Shown here: positions 50,205 to 61,470 of the stretch, in pieces
How the letters are laid out: every line of letters begins with the position of its first letter
How positions within the stretch are numbered: the first letter of the stretch is position 1
Source: Camelus ferus
Taxonomy: Eukaryota
Reading direction: 5' to 3'
DNA length: 64,000 bases
Assembly (NCBI RefSeq): GCF_009834535.1
Contig: NC_045697.1
Location: 32,490,001 to 32,554,000 of the forward strand
Notes under the pieces: model-generated
Told to the model about the DNA's origin: nothing
What the model saw: only the letters and a program-made list of their open reading frames with translations
The model's database searches: none
Made by a program: the position numbers and the translations under genes

Positions 50205-50860
50205 TGTGTTAGTTTTCTATGGTTGTATAACAAACTGCCACAAAGTTAGTGGCTTAAAAACACACCCATATGTAACTTCATGGTTTCTGTGGGTCAGAAA
50301 TTTGGGCATAGTCTAGCTGTTTTCTCTGCTCAGGATCCCACAAAGTTGCAGTCCAAGTGTTTGAAGGGGCTACAAACCTATCTGAGCCTCATTTGAAGTC
50401 CTTTTCCAAACTCATTAGTTGTTGGAAATATAAATTTCCTTGTAGTTGTATGACTAGGAGCTCCATTTCCTTATTAGCTGTAGATCAGAACCACTCTCAG
50501 CTCCTGAAGGCCACTCTCTGGTCCTCAACACATGGGTCTCGTCTCTCAAAACACCGCAGCTTACTTCTTGAAGCCAGCAGGAGAATCTCTTTCCATGATG
50601 GGCTCAGTCCCCCTTTAAAGCTTCTCCATATAAAATCATACACACCAGGGATCATTTTCATTTTTATTAACTCAAAGTCAGCTAATTTGGAAATCTTAAT
50701 TTCATATGCAGATTGCCTTCAGTTTTGCCGTTTAATTTAGCCTAACAGAATGACATCTGCCACATCTACATCTCATCCATGCTCAATAGGAGAAGAATGA
50801 ACAGGGTGTATACCCCAGGAGATGTGAATATGGGATCATCTTAAAATTCTACCTGCCACA
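50205..50860 (-). mobile_element. MLT1E-like MaLR solo LTR
   Basis: TG...CA ends (TGTGTTAGTTTTCTAT, CTACCTGCCACA); TAGTGGCTTAAAA; TSD ATATA/GTATA. Confidence 0.88.
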
Positions 50861-51181
50861 GTATACTTCCCAGACACTAAGAAAGAAAAAATAATCTCTA
50901 ATGGTTTGTAACAAGCTATATTTCCAATCAGGTGTCTCTAGGCATTTTTCCTTTATCTAAATCCTCACTATCTCTATCAAGAAAATGAATAAATTTAGAT
51001 ACAATTTTTGAGGTAGGGCTAGTTCTCCTCTTTGTGGTTTCTTACAAGCATGAATTGTAAATGAATCAAATTGCCTAGAGGGTAGATCTGTTGGACTGAT
51101 GCTATTTATTTTGAGCATCAAAGAATAAATATTAATTATTAAAGATGTTTCTATTGAAATTCATAATGTAGAAAGACTTTG

Positions 51182-51845
51182 TGAATTGGTGAATCAGTTT
51201 ATGACATCCTTTCCAGCTTCTTTCTAGTGAAGTTTCCTGATGCAGAGGCTGGAACCCTGAAAACCACAGTCCTTAGGTTACTTGGCAGGTTAAGATTCCA
51301 CTGTGATTTCAGATATTTGTGTGCATTTTGGGAAGTAGAAAGTGAGGCTGAAGCTGGAAATTTCCTGTTTCAGAGGATTCTGCTGGAAAGCAGTATTGTG
51401 GAGACATTTATTTTCTTACTTAATCATATATTTATTGTGTAGGACAATTGGCAGAGGTTCCAGTGTCCAGTCAGCAGCATCATAGGCATCAAGAGGTCTG
51501 AGTGGGACATCCACTTTGATCGTGACCCTAATAGCATGGTTCTGAAACTGATGGCAGCAGCAGCAGCAGCTTCTCAGTCATGAAGGGAGCTTTCTAATTA
51601 CAGTGTTGGTGTGTGGACAGAGAGGGAACTGCTATAGGGTTAGCCTCTGTTCAGTGGGTGGTTTCCTGATCATAGAAGAGGTGGCTTCTTTGGTGCTCAT
51701 TCTCTGTTGTGGCTTTGGGAGTCTTTCCTAAACGCACAATCTTGATTCTGTTTTTTTCAGCACTTCCAGTGGGTCTGTGAAGCATCTCTTTGGGCTGTAA
51801 CCAGCTAGGATGTGTTCTCTCTGTTACTGAACATTGCCCAATACA
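51182..51845 (+). mobile_element. LTR41/LTR33-like ERVL solo LTR
   Basis: TGCAGAGGCTGGAA, GTTCCAGTGTCCAGTCA, TGGGAGTCTTTCCT; end ACTGAAC...AATACA. Confidence 0.7.
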
Positions 51846-52959
51846 GGTAGCACTTCCTTATTCTCCCTAATCCTCTTCATTTCCAGGGAGAGAGTGTCAC
51901 ACTACTGTACAGAATAATAATTTTAGTTCCTTTCTTACACCTATCAAGCCCTTTGGGTGTGAACAGGACAATTCTATTCCTTACTGATGCTTTTTCTTTC
52001 AATGTGAGAGATTTGAAAATGACCCCTTATACTTATTACAGTTGTACCCAAGGGCATTTGTTCTCAAATCTAATTGGTGGAAAGGAATAGGATAGTTTAC
52101 CCTGAAAGTTCAATAACTATTAAAAATAATTTTAAATATTTCACAAATAGTCCATAGAGCTTACATTATTGTCAGTTATAGATTTACCAGGAGTTTTCAA
52201 ATTTAACGATCACTTTTATAGTTAAAATGCATAGGTTAAGTTGTCCATTTGCCCATGGCTATTTTTCCTGCGCGCGAATTAAATTTCTTCTTTCCTTTCC
52301 CTAGCTGCTACGTTAAAAGTTTATTCCATAGAACTCCCGAGATGACTTCAAAAAGAATTAAAAGAATGGATTATCACAGTGTTTTAGGAATAAAGTTGAA
52401 TTGTGGTTCCTTTTTATTTTGACAGTGGCCACATCCTACTCTGCAGCCAAAGTATGCTAGAGAAAGTGAACTCAGTGTAGCAGAAGACACATTCGGGTTC
52501 AATACAACAAGGACTTCTTGGCAGAAGGCTGTTTTGGCATAGTGCCTATCTTAATGTCATGTCGTGCACACAGCATGATTTAGTCCTCAGAGAATATCCA
52601 GTGTTTACATTTTGATAAAGTTCTGGGTGATTGGCTGAATTTTATACTTTTTACCTTAAAATGTATTTTATTCAACCATCTCTTCTATCTGCCAGCCATG
52701 CCCTTTCGCAGCACTCATTATTCTTGTAATCCTTGGTGTAATGTCTGTATCTGGCACTAAGTTCTCTGTGGTTCAGACTTTTTTGCATCTGTTTTCTGTG
52801 CCACTGTTTATCCGGCTCATCACATTAAATGAATGACTGAAGAGATGTGCAGAAAAGTATCCTACCACTCTGCCTAGAGGGGTGGAACATAGATGCTGTG
52901 GAATGCTAACACCTTATATGAAATTAAAGCAATTGAAATTCACCTATTTTATTTATTTA

Positions 52960-53186
52960 TCAAATACACAGTTAGCACTTACCATGTGTCAGGCACAATT
53001 CTACGTCAAATCCAGTATTTGCTTATTTTATCCTCAAACATTCCTGTTAGGAGAGTGCTATTATTAACCTCCAACACACAAGGGAATTGAGGCGAGTACA
53101 AGTTGGCCCACGTCACTCAGGAAGAAAGGGGCTGAGCCAGGATTCTAGTTCAGCCACTCTGGGTCCAAGACCAGATTCCTAACAAC
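52960..53186 (-). mobile_element. MIR SINE
   Basis: AGCACTTACCATGTGTCAGGCAC...GGCTGAGCCAGGATTC. Confidence 0.78.
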
Positions 53187-54089
53187 CCCAGGGGCCGGCT
53201 TCCCAGCTCTGACTATCTTTGATTGGAAGGCTTGGTAGATCAGTGGTAAAAAATAGATACAAAAATGCATCATTCATTTACATTTTGTTGATTTATGGTA
53301 AATAATTATGGTCTATGGCCTATTTCCTGAAACCATGATAAACAAATATACCAGGGAGAATCCATATGAGAACCCAGCAAAAATAATAACCACCTACCAA
53401 ATTCAGAAAATTCATTTGCGTTTTCAAAAGGAGACAAGGACAAAAGAAGTTAAAAAAGACTCAGTGGAGAACTTACTTGCCAGGAGCTTTATCTTTACAG
53501 TCTGTTTGCTCTCCCTGTTTGATTTGACTCCTCCCTTCTTATTCAGATTCTCCCACTGATGAAAATTGAGGTGGGAGGACTCTTGAGGGGGACTATAATG
53601 ACAGTACTGTAAAGTAGTAATTATAGACTCTGGAGCTTTTTTTTTTTTTTTTTTTTTGAAATGGCTTGTACTAGGGAAGAATCCTGAAGTATTAGCATTT
53701 ACATAAATATTCCCTCTTAGAAAGCATTGGCCCAGAAGTGCAAGTTTAGGCACAGAACAGGTGCTTCTCACTATGGAATAATGTCTATCACTGTCTTTTA
53801 AATAGTGGGTCAAATCCTTCAGCACTTTAAAAAGCTGAGGAAAAGTTGCCTGATTTCCTAGAGTGTGAATGCAATAGAAGTTATAATGCCTATTACACAT
53901 AAGATACTATTACTCTCAGATCATTTAACTCAGTATCTGAAAGCTTAGCATGAATATAAAACTGATTTTTTTCCTGCTTCTGATAGTAGAACACAACCCT
54001 ATTCCATCCCTTACCTCCACAGCAACTCAGAAAGTACCAGCAATATATCCTTCTACGCAGAGAGATACGACTTACCCATGAAAGTCCTT

Positions 54090-54275
54090 GACCACTCATG
54101 TCTGTACTTTTCCTATTACAATGTTAATCACAATATATGGTAACGTTCTCTTCACTCATCCCTGTTCTTCATTAGGCTGTGAGGTCCTTGCGAACACAAA
54201 CTACATCATGTTCTCCCTAAAGAACTAGAACGCCCCTTAGTACAGAGCAGTCATTTGGCAGGACTGGTCGACTAA
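54090..54275 (+). mobile_element. L2 3' fragment
   Basis: ATTAGGCTGTGAGGTCCTTG and neighbouring blocks. Confidence 0.5.
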
Positions 54276-54289
54276 GCAGAGGCTCGTCC

Positions 54290-54801
54290 TGTGTCAGTTT
54301 TCTATTGCAGTTTTCTACTGCAACAACTACGTAGTGACTGAGGACAATGCAAATTAATTATTTTAAAATTCTGTAGGTCAGAAGTCAAACATGGATCTCA
54401 CTGGGCTAAAATTAAGAGGTCAATGGGGCTTCATTCCTTCTGAGACTCTAGAGAAGAGTCCATTTTGTTGCTTTTTCCGGGTTCTAGAGGCCACCCACGT
54501 TCCTTGGCTCACGGCTGCTTCCTCTGTCTCCAAGGTGCGGTGTGTAGCACCTTTGGCCAGCATTTTATAGTGACCTCTGGTTTCTTCTGCGTCTCATCCC
54601 ACTTTTAAGGACTTCTGTAATTACTTTGGGCCCACCGGAATATCTAGGAGAATATCCCCATTTTAAGGTCAGCTGGTTAGCAATTTTAATTTCACCTGCA
54701 ACTTTAATGTAATTTTGCCACAAAATGTAACATGTTCACGTGTTCCAGAGATTAGGGTGTGGGCATCTCTGGAGCACAGGAGCATTATTCTACCTAGCAC
54801 A
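54290..54801 (-). mobile_element. MLT1D-like MaLR solo LTR
   Basis: TCTGTAGGTCAGAAGTC, CTCACTGGGCTAAAAT, TTGGGCCCACC, ATTATTCTACCTAGCACA end; TSD CGTCC/CTTCC. Confidence 0.9.
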
Positions 54802-54869
54802 CTTCCTGTCTTCTCTTCCAAAGTAAGCTTGACAGTAAAAGGGGAATGGAAGGTGTGGAATGTGGCTCA

Positions 54870-55498
54870 CACAAGTCCCTGTGTAACCTCCAACCTCCTG
54901 TATATTTCTTTCTGTGTTGTTGAAGCTGGACAGCTAGAACTGTATATCCCAAGTTCCTCTGCTGTTAGTCTTCCAGCTGTGATTTAGGTCTGAGAATCAG
55001 GTACACTGCAGAGACACTTGAATTCCATAATAAGGGAATTAAGGAAAGAAGAAGGGACAAGGAAGACATTCATTTTTCTAGTGCACGGTGTGGCAAAGGA
55101 ATTCATAGGTCTGCATTCACTGCTTCCATGATTGGCAGTTTTCTACAGTCAGGGTGGCATTTACCCAATTGTGGCAGAGTCAGCGTGGCGCTGTCTTTAC
55201 CAGTTTTCTGATTTGGTAACTACAGTTTTCCTGGGCAAGGGCAGGATGCTTCTAGGGGTTTGATGGTTTCCTGGGAAGCTCCTTTAGCACTTGCAGCCCA
55301 GTTTTAAAGAATGGTCTATATGACAAAACTGTATTCCTTCAATTCTAAATATATTTTCCCACTTTCAATTCTTTCTTAGTAGTACATGAAATAATGATGT
55401 GTCTTATAATCAATACTATCAATTATGTGAAATATTGTACATTTCCTTCTGGGAAAACCATCTAGCATGGTTTCTACAACTCAGTCCTATCTGATACA
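54870..55498 (+). mobile_element. LTR33-like ERVL LTR with a short Tigger-like terminal fragment at about 55360-55440
   Basis: GAAGCTGGACAGCTAGAACT...TCCCAAG; end CTAGCATGGTTTCT...CTGATACA. Confidence 0.55.
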
Positions 55499-57642
55499 GG
55501 TAGTCACTGTTGCAGTGTTAGGTCAACAGTTTATGACATACAGAAAATGAGTATCTGACCTTAAAAACTCAACTCTAAGACACAAACATAATCTGCTGTT
55601 TTCTCTTCTAATGTCTGTATTTTGATCATCAATGACAAAAATGGATTTTTATTCAGAAAAATAATACACCGGCAAATACATTGCTACATAAGATGTACAG
55701 GATGTCTTTAACAAGGCAGATTTATCATAATTTTTTAAGGCATTAAACCATATCAACATGGATTCCCTAAGGGATAAGTAATTCTGATTAATAGACTTTC
55801 ACAAATCAATATTTTCAGAAGCTGCAATTTATTACATGCTGGAGATTTTAAGTTCTCCAAATCTCATTATTTTTCTCTACTTCAAATTGTTGTATATAAA
55901 AAAATCACCAATTTTAAGGAAGCAGGCATAATGTTGGAAAAAGTTGTTTTTCACCTCAACTTTCAATGTTAATTTATATACTCAAATTGTAAACAAAAGT
56001 GTTCAGATTCAGAATATGAAATATAATGACATAAGCGACCCATTATAAAACATTTAACCTTGTGCTAACAATAAACGTGCAATTATAATTTTACTTGTGT
56101 GCTTTTAAAAGTCAAACATGAAAAACAACTTGACACACCAGTTATTTGATGTTTAACCCTTTACGTTCCAGGAATTACATTTTGATAGAAATGTTTCTAA
56201 AATGTCTTCTATGCCTCCTTGGTTCTTATTTTAAACTGTATCAAACTTTTCTTATGATACAGGCTTCTACGATTGCTAAATGTTGTGACCAGGTGCAGAT
56301 CTAGGTGGGATGGGATATATTACTGTTGGGGCATTTATAACCATGTAGGCACTGAAGCTTTTCTTGAAAAATAATTCCAGTGCTAGCATACTTGTTTTTG
56401 TATCTCTTTTTTTCTGATGAATGATGAGTTTAAAATGAACAGTTTAATGGCTTCCTAAGCAGAGCTCAAAAGCTGCATTTCTGTAAAAAGAATTTGTGCA
56501 AGAAAGACTGAAGCAGAAAATGATCTCTGAGTAGAAAATTACCTTATTATTACCTCCTCTCATCTGTGTCTGTTGACTTATCCACCTAAGTTGCAACACT
56601 ATTATTTCTGTATCACTAACACCAATCAGAGTGTACTCTGGGTTTTCTGTTTCGCTGCCCTATTAGTTCAGGCTGAATATTCTTCATTATTTCAAATATT
56701 TATGACAATAAATTTCTGGAAGACTCAGTAAAATTGTATATATTCTTTATCTTTATTGGATAACTTACGTTTACCTGATACCAGACTACAATTTTTACTA
56801 ACTTTTAAAGAGTAACACAAACACAAGTAAATTTATAATTGTATCTTTATCCTAAAAATAATATTGAATGTTCTTTAATGGATCTTTTGTGTGGTAACTT
56901 TACCCATTTAGAAGCTGAATAACAGTTCATAGGAACAACACTGAAAAATCCAAGAAGAAAATAAAAAGTATTTTTTCAAGTTTATGCCTGTTTCCTTAAA
57001 GTTTCTCAGTGTTCCATATGCAACAGAAAACTACTGGATTCCTACCATATGTCAGGCATGTGTTAGATCTGCAAAAAAAGATTTAGCAACACACCAAATG
57101 ATACTGCTATCTCAGGACAGCATCTGTTTTATTGAAAATACATAGGAAGGATAAAACCAATCAGAGTGTGTTTTCATTTATCTCTAACAAGTTTCTGTTC
57201 TGTCAGTAACAAGTAAGAGTGCATAACAAACACTGTGTTATCTAATATATGCAATTCCATATTGAGTTTCAGACCATAGTTTTAGATTAACTCGAAGCAA
57301 GGAAAACATAGTTACTATGTCTTATTTCAAATGCACAAATTATTTCAACATTTTATGCCTCTTACCATCTCTGAAAATTGTGTCATCCATTTACAATAGC
57401 ATCAAGAAAACTTCTAATTACAGCTTTACATGCCCAGCTCTAGAAAACTCCATCTTTGCTCTGAAGTCAAAACATCATCCAGATCTATGTAAATGTTAAT
57501 AAGTTGATAACCTTAATACCCCTTTTAAGGGAACCCTTAACCTTTACTGAAATGAAGACCCAGTTTTAAATTTAAGTAGAGAAATGCCACAGAAAATGTC
57601 TCTTATAAAAAGGGAAAACTGCATGACAACAAGGATTTTTAA

Positions 57643-57734
57643 AAAATATTGAACAAGTTTGTGTGTCATCCTTGCACAGGGGCCAGGCTAATCTTCTCTG
57701 TATCATTACAATTTTGTGCTGCTGAAATGAGCAC
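57643..57734 (-). pseudogene. RNU6: U6 snRNA retropseudogene
   Basis: Reverse complement GTGCTCATTTCAGCAGCAC...ACAGAGAAGATTAGCCTGGCCCCTGTGCAAGGATGACAC...ATATTTT; TSD AAGGATTTTT (57631-57640) / AGGGATTTTT (57735-57744). Confidence 0.95.
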
Positions 57735-58054
57735 AGGGATTTTTCATCAGTTGCCTCCTTGGAACTTGCTCATATTTATTCCCAGTGCTCCCTAAACTCT
57801 CTAAATCCTAGAATATTCTGCTTACTTCTAAATTTCTAGTTTGTAAATATAGAGGGAAAATGAATCAAAAGTTGGATCCTTGTACTTTGTTTTTCTTTAG
57901 TACAGCTAAAACAGAATAAAATAGTTAAAAACATATCTTTAAAAATCAAGGTAAAGATAAAAATGCCTTTTTAAAAAGCAATTCATTTACAGTAATAAAA
58001 TAGAAACTTGTAATTATCAGAAACTCAAATGTTCCATCCCCATTAGGAATATGA

Positions 58055-59262
58055 GACGATTTTATATATGTAAACATTGTGAAATGATTTTTGCAATCAA
58101 GTTAACATATTTATAACCTCACATAGTTCCTTTTTTATTTGTTTGTTTTTGGTAAGGATGCCTAAAGTCTACAACCTTAACAATTTCAAGTATATAATAC
58201 AGTATTAAATATAATCATCATGCTATAATTAGTTTCTCGGAATTTATTTATCTTATAACTGAAAATTTGTGCCCTTTGATCAGTTTTTCCCATTTTCCCT
58301 CATTCCTCAAGCCTCTGGAAACCTATACTCTACTCTCTCTGAGTTTGTTTGTTTGTTTATATATTATAAACAATTATTATTAAAATTCCATTTAAGTGAT
58401 ACCATTCTGTGTCAGGCTTATTTCACTTAGCATTATGCCTCTAATTTTATCCATATTTTCACAGATGAAAATTTCTTTACTGTGGCTGAATAATATTTCA
58501 CTGTGTGTGTGGCATTCTCTTTATCCATTCATTTGTTGATGGGCATCTAGGTTGTTTCCATATCTTGGCTATTATGAACAATGATGCAATGAACATGGAA
58601 GTGCAGATAACTCTTTGAGATAATGATTTTGTTAGCTTTGGATATATTCCCAGAAGTGAGATTGATGGATCACATGTTAGCTCTATGTTTAATTTTTTTA
58701 GGAACCACCATACCGTTTTCCATAATTGGTGTACCAATTTACATTCCCATCAAAGAATGTAGCCAGGTTCTCTTTTCTCCACATCTTTGCTAGCACTTAC
58801 CTCCTATACTTTTGAAAATAGCCATCCTTAGCAGGTATAAGGTGATATCACTGTGCTTTGAATTTGCATTTCCCTAATAATTAGTGATGTTGACAGCCTT
58901 TTCATGAATCTGTTGTCCATTTATGTCTTCTTTGGAAAAATGTCTATTCAGGTCCTTTGCCCATTTTTAACTGGATTATTTTGTTTTGTTTTTGCTATTG
59001 AGTTGTAAGAGTTCCTTATATATTTTGGATATTAACCTCTTCTTGGTTATATGGCTTACAAATATTTTCTCCTATTCTGTAGGTTGCTTTTTAATTTTGT
59101 TGATCATTTATTTTGGTGTGTAAAAGCTTTTTAGTTTGATGTAGTCTTACTTGTTAAATTTTTCTTTTGTTTGTGCTTTTTGTGTCATATACAAAAAATC
59201 ATTGCGAAGACCAAATCAAGGAGATTTTCTTTTAGAATGTTTACAGTTTCAGGTTTTATGTT
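58055..59262 (-). mobile_element. L1MA9-like LINE-1 (3'UTR and ORF2 C-terminus)
   Basis: ORF 58498-58737 is L1 ORF2 ([28 protein letters not shown]); the 3'UTR has CATTGTGAAATGATT and TCTTATAACTGAAAATTTGT. Confidence 0.92.
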
Positions 59263-59458
59263 CTTTGGGCTTTAAATTCAGAGAGGTCTGGATTTTGTAC
59301 CCTGATGCAGTCTTGAATATCTGTGAGAATGTGAGCAAGTTAATAAAGTTCTCATTTCTTAGTTATCAACTTTTCATTTTTCAGATTCCTTACCTGGTCA
59401 AAGTTAAAAGTGCTAATACAAGTACTCTGTATAGTAAGCACTCCAAGATGTTACTATT
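59263..59458 (+). mobile_element. Degraded MIR
   Basis: TGAGCAAGTTAATAA...ATAGTAAGCACTC. Confidence 0.55.
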
Positions 59459-59607
59459 CTTTTTATGGTAAATTTTCAGAAATGTTCTTAGTATTATTAT
59501 CATTTTGATTTTAAATTGTCATTTTTACTAAAACATATATATTCAGCTATATTCTTTGGCAAGGTATATTGTTAGAGTTACACCTATTTTATTAAAGATT
59601 GGTATAA

Positions 59608-60445
59608 TTTTTAATTGACTTTTTAAGCTATAATTTACATGCAATATAATACATCTGTTTTAAGTATACATTTTCCTGAGTGTTGAGAAATGTGTGTTCA
59701 GTGGAACTGCCCACAGCAAATAAGTAGTGGATCATATCCATTATACTAAGAAATCTACTCAGTCACTCACCTAGCCCTAGGAAACCTCTTTTGCTGCCAC
59801 AGAGATTAGCTTTGGCTTTCCCATAAGACTTATACATTATACCTTCTATTGTGACTAGCTACTGCCCCTCAGCATAATGCATTTGAAACCTCAAGTAGCA
59901 GGAGTCCCTTCCTTTTTATTGCTGTATAGTATTTTACCATATGAATATACGATGGTTTTCAAAAATCTAGTCACCTGTTGATGGAAATTTTGGTTGGTTG
60001 CAGTTTTGGCAGTCAGAATTTAAGCTGCTATCAACACTTGTATATATATCATTGCGTGAACATATGTTTTTATTTCTCTTGGGGAAAGTACTGAAAACTA
60101 GTATTTTTAGGTTGTAAGAGTATCTAACTTTGTAAGAAACTGTCACACTGTTTTTCAAAACGGTTTTGCCATATTAAATTTATAGCAGCAGTGTGTGAGT
60201 TCCAGTTGTTTTGCGTATTGCCAACACATGATATTATTAGTCATTTTAATATTAGTCACTCTGAGTTTTCCAATATTACTTCATTGTGCTTCTAATTTAC
60301 ATTTCCCTAAAAACTAATGATGCTGAGTGTCTTTTCATGGACTTATTAGTCATTTTCATATCATGTTTTGTGAGGTGACTGTTCAAATCTTGCCCATTTT
60401 TACTGGCTTATTTGTAGGCTTGTTACTGAATTGTAAGAGCATATT
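59608..60445 (-). mobile_element. L1ME/L1MB-type old LINE-1 3' region
   Basis: CTATAATTTACATGCAAT; CCTTTTTATTGCTGTATAGTAT; CACCTGTTGATGGA; AAGAAACTGTCACACTGTTTT. Confidence 0.85.
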
Positions 60446-61327
60446 ATTTTAAAATGCTTCCTCTGCAATTAAAATGTAATTCTCTCTGCAAACACAGAAT
60501 CCGAACTGCTAGATACCTAATGTAATAACAGAGTTACTAGAACAAAAACAATCTTCAGTGTTACTCTGAACACACTTTCAGTTCAGAAATAAATTTACAT
60601 AGAGTTGAGATCAGAGATGATCTGGGAGTCACTCTGGCCACCATGTCCACTAGATATTTTTGACCCTGAATCAGTTTTATAGATTCTGCCACATTGTGAA
60701 TCAAACAAAACATTGAAGATGTAACAAATGCCTCTTAAAGTCTTGCCAATTATTAGCTTTTTGGATTTGAAAACACAATACATTTACCATGTAGATGCTA
60801 AAGTAATTCACATAATGTAAAATATGAGTATTCAAACACTGGGGACCTATTAGTTGCAGTAAGATACAAATTTTGCACAGAACTTCTTTCATAGTTTTTA
60901 TAGTAATATGAAATAGACAATACATTGACTAAATTGTATAAATTATCAGAGGTTAATACTTTCTTTTCTTTTTAGAAAATTGATTAGTTTCTAATCTCAA
61001 TGGATTTCAGGTCTTATTTATCCTTGACAAGCTTATTTCTTAGAGTTCCCTAAGGTGTGTTAAACACAAAAAGGTAATACTAGTTCTTAATTATATTTCT
61101 ATCATTGTGGTATTTCAATTCATTAAAGTGCCACCTAGCTAGAATTCTGTTTCTCTAGAGACTGATTATTTAAAGCTATTTTTTTCTCTTTAAATGGCAA
61201 TCAATTTATGTTTGACCCCAGCAAATCAAAACCCAACAAGAACCTTATTTTACCTGAGCATCAAAATTTGTCTTGTTTGGTTCTGATTCTCTTGATGTTA
61301 AAGCTGCTTGGCACTTGTGGAACTATA

Positions 61328-61470
61328 CATTTTCATTCATTTATTAATTCCTTCAACAAAAACACAGGGAACATCATTACGCACCAGGTACCACTGTTAA
61401 GAGTTGAGGACACAAACACAGGAACTCAGATCAAACTTTGCCTTAAAGTGGCCCAGTGTCTACTGAGAGA
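61328..61470 (-). mobile_element. L2 3' terminus
   Basis: CATTCATTTATT...TTCAACAAA...CCAGGTACCACTGTTAAG. Confidence 0.65.

Noticed and set aside
53424..53900. Longest ORF in the window (158 aa, minus strand)
   Set aside because: It runs through a poly(A) tract giving poly-Lys and shows no domain or splice context; a chance ORF.
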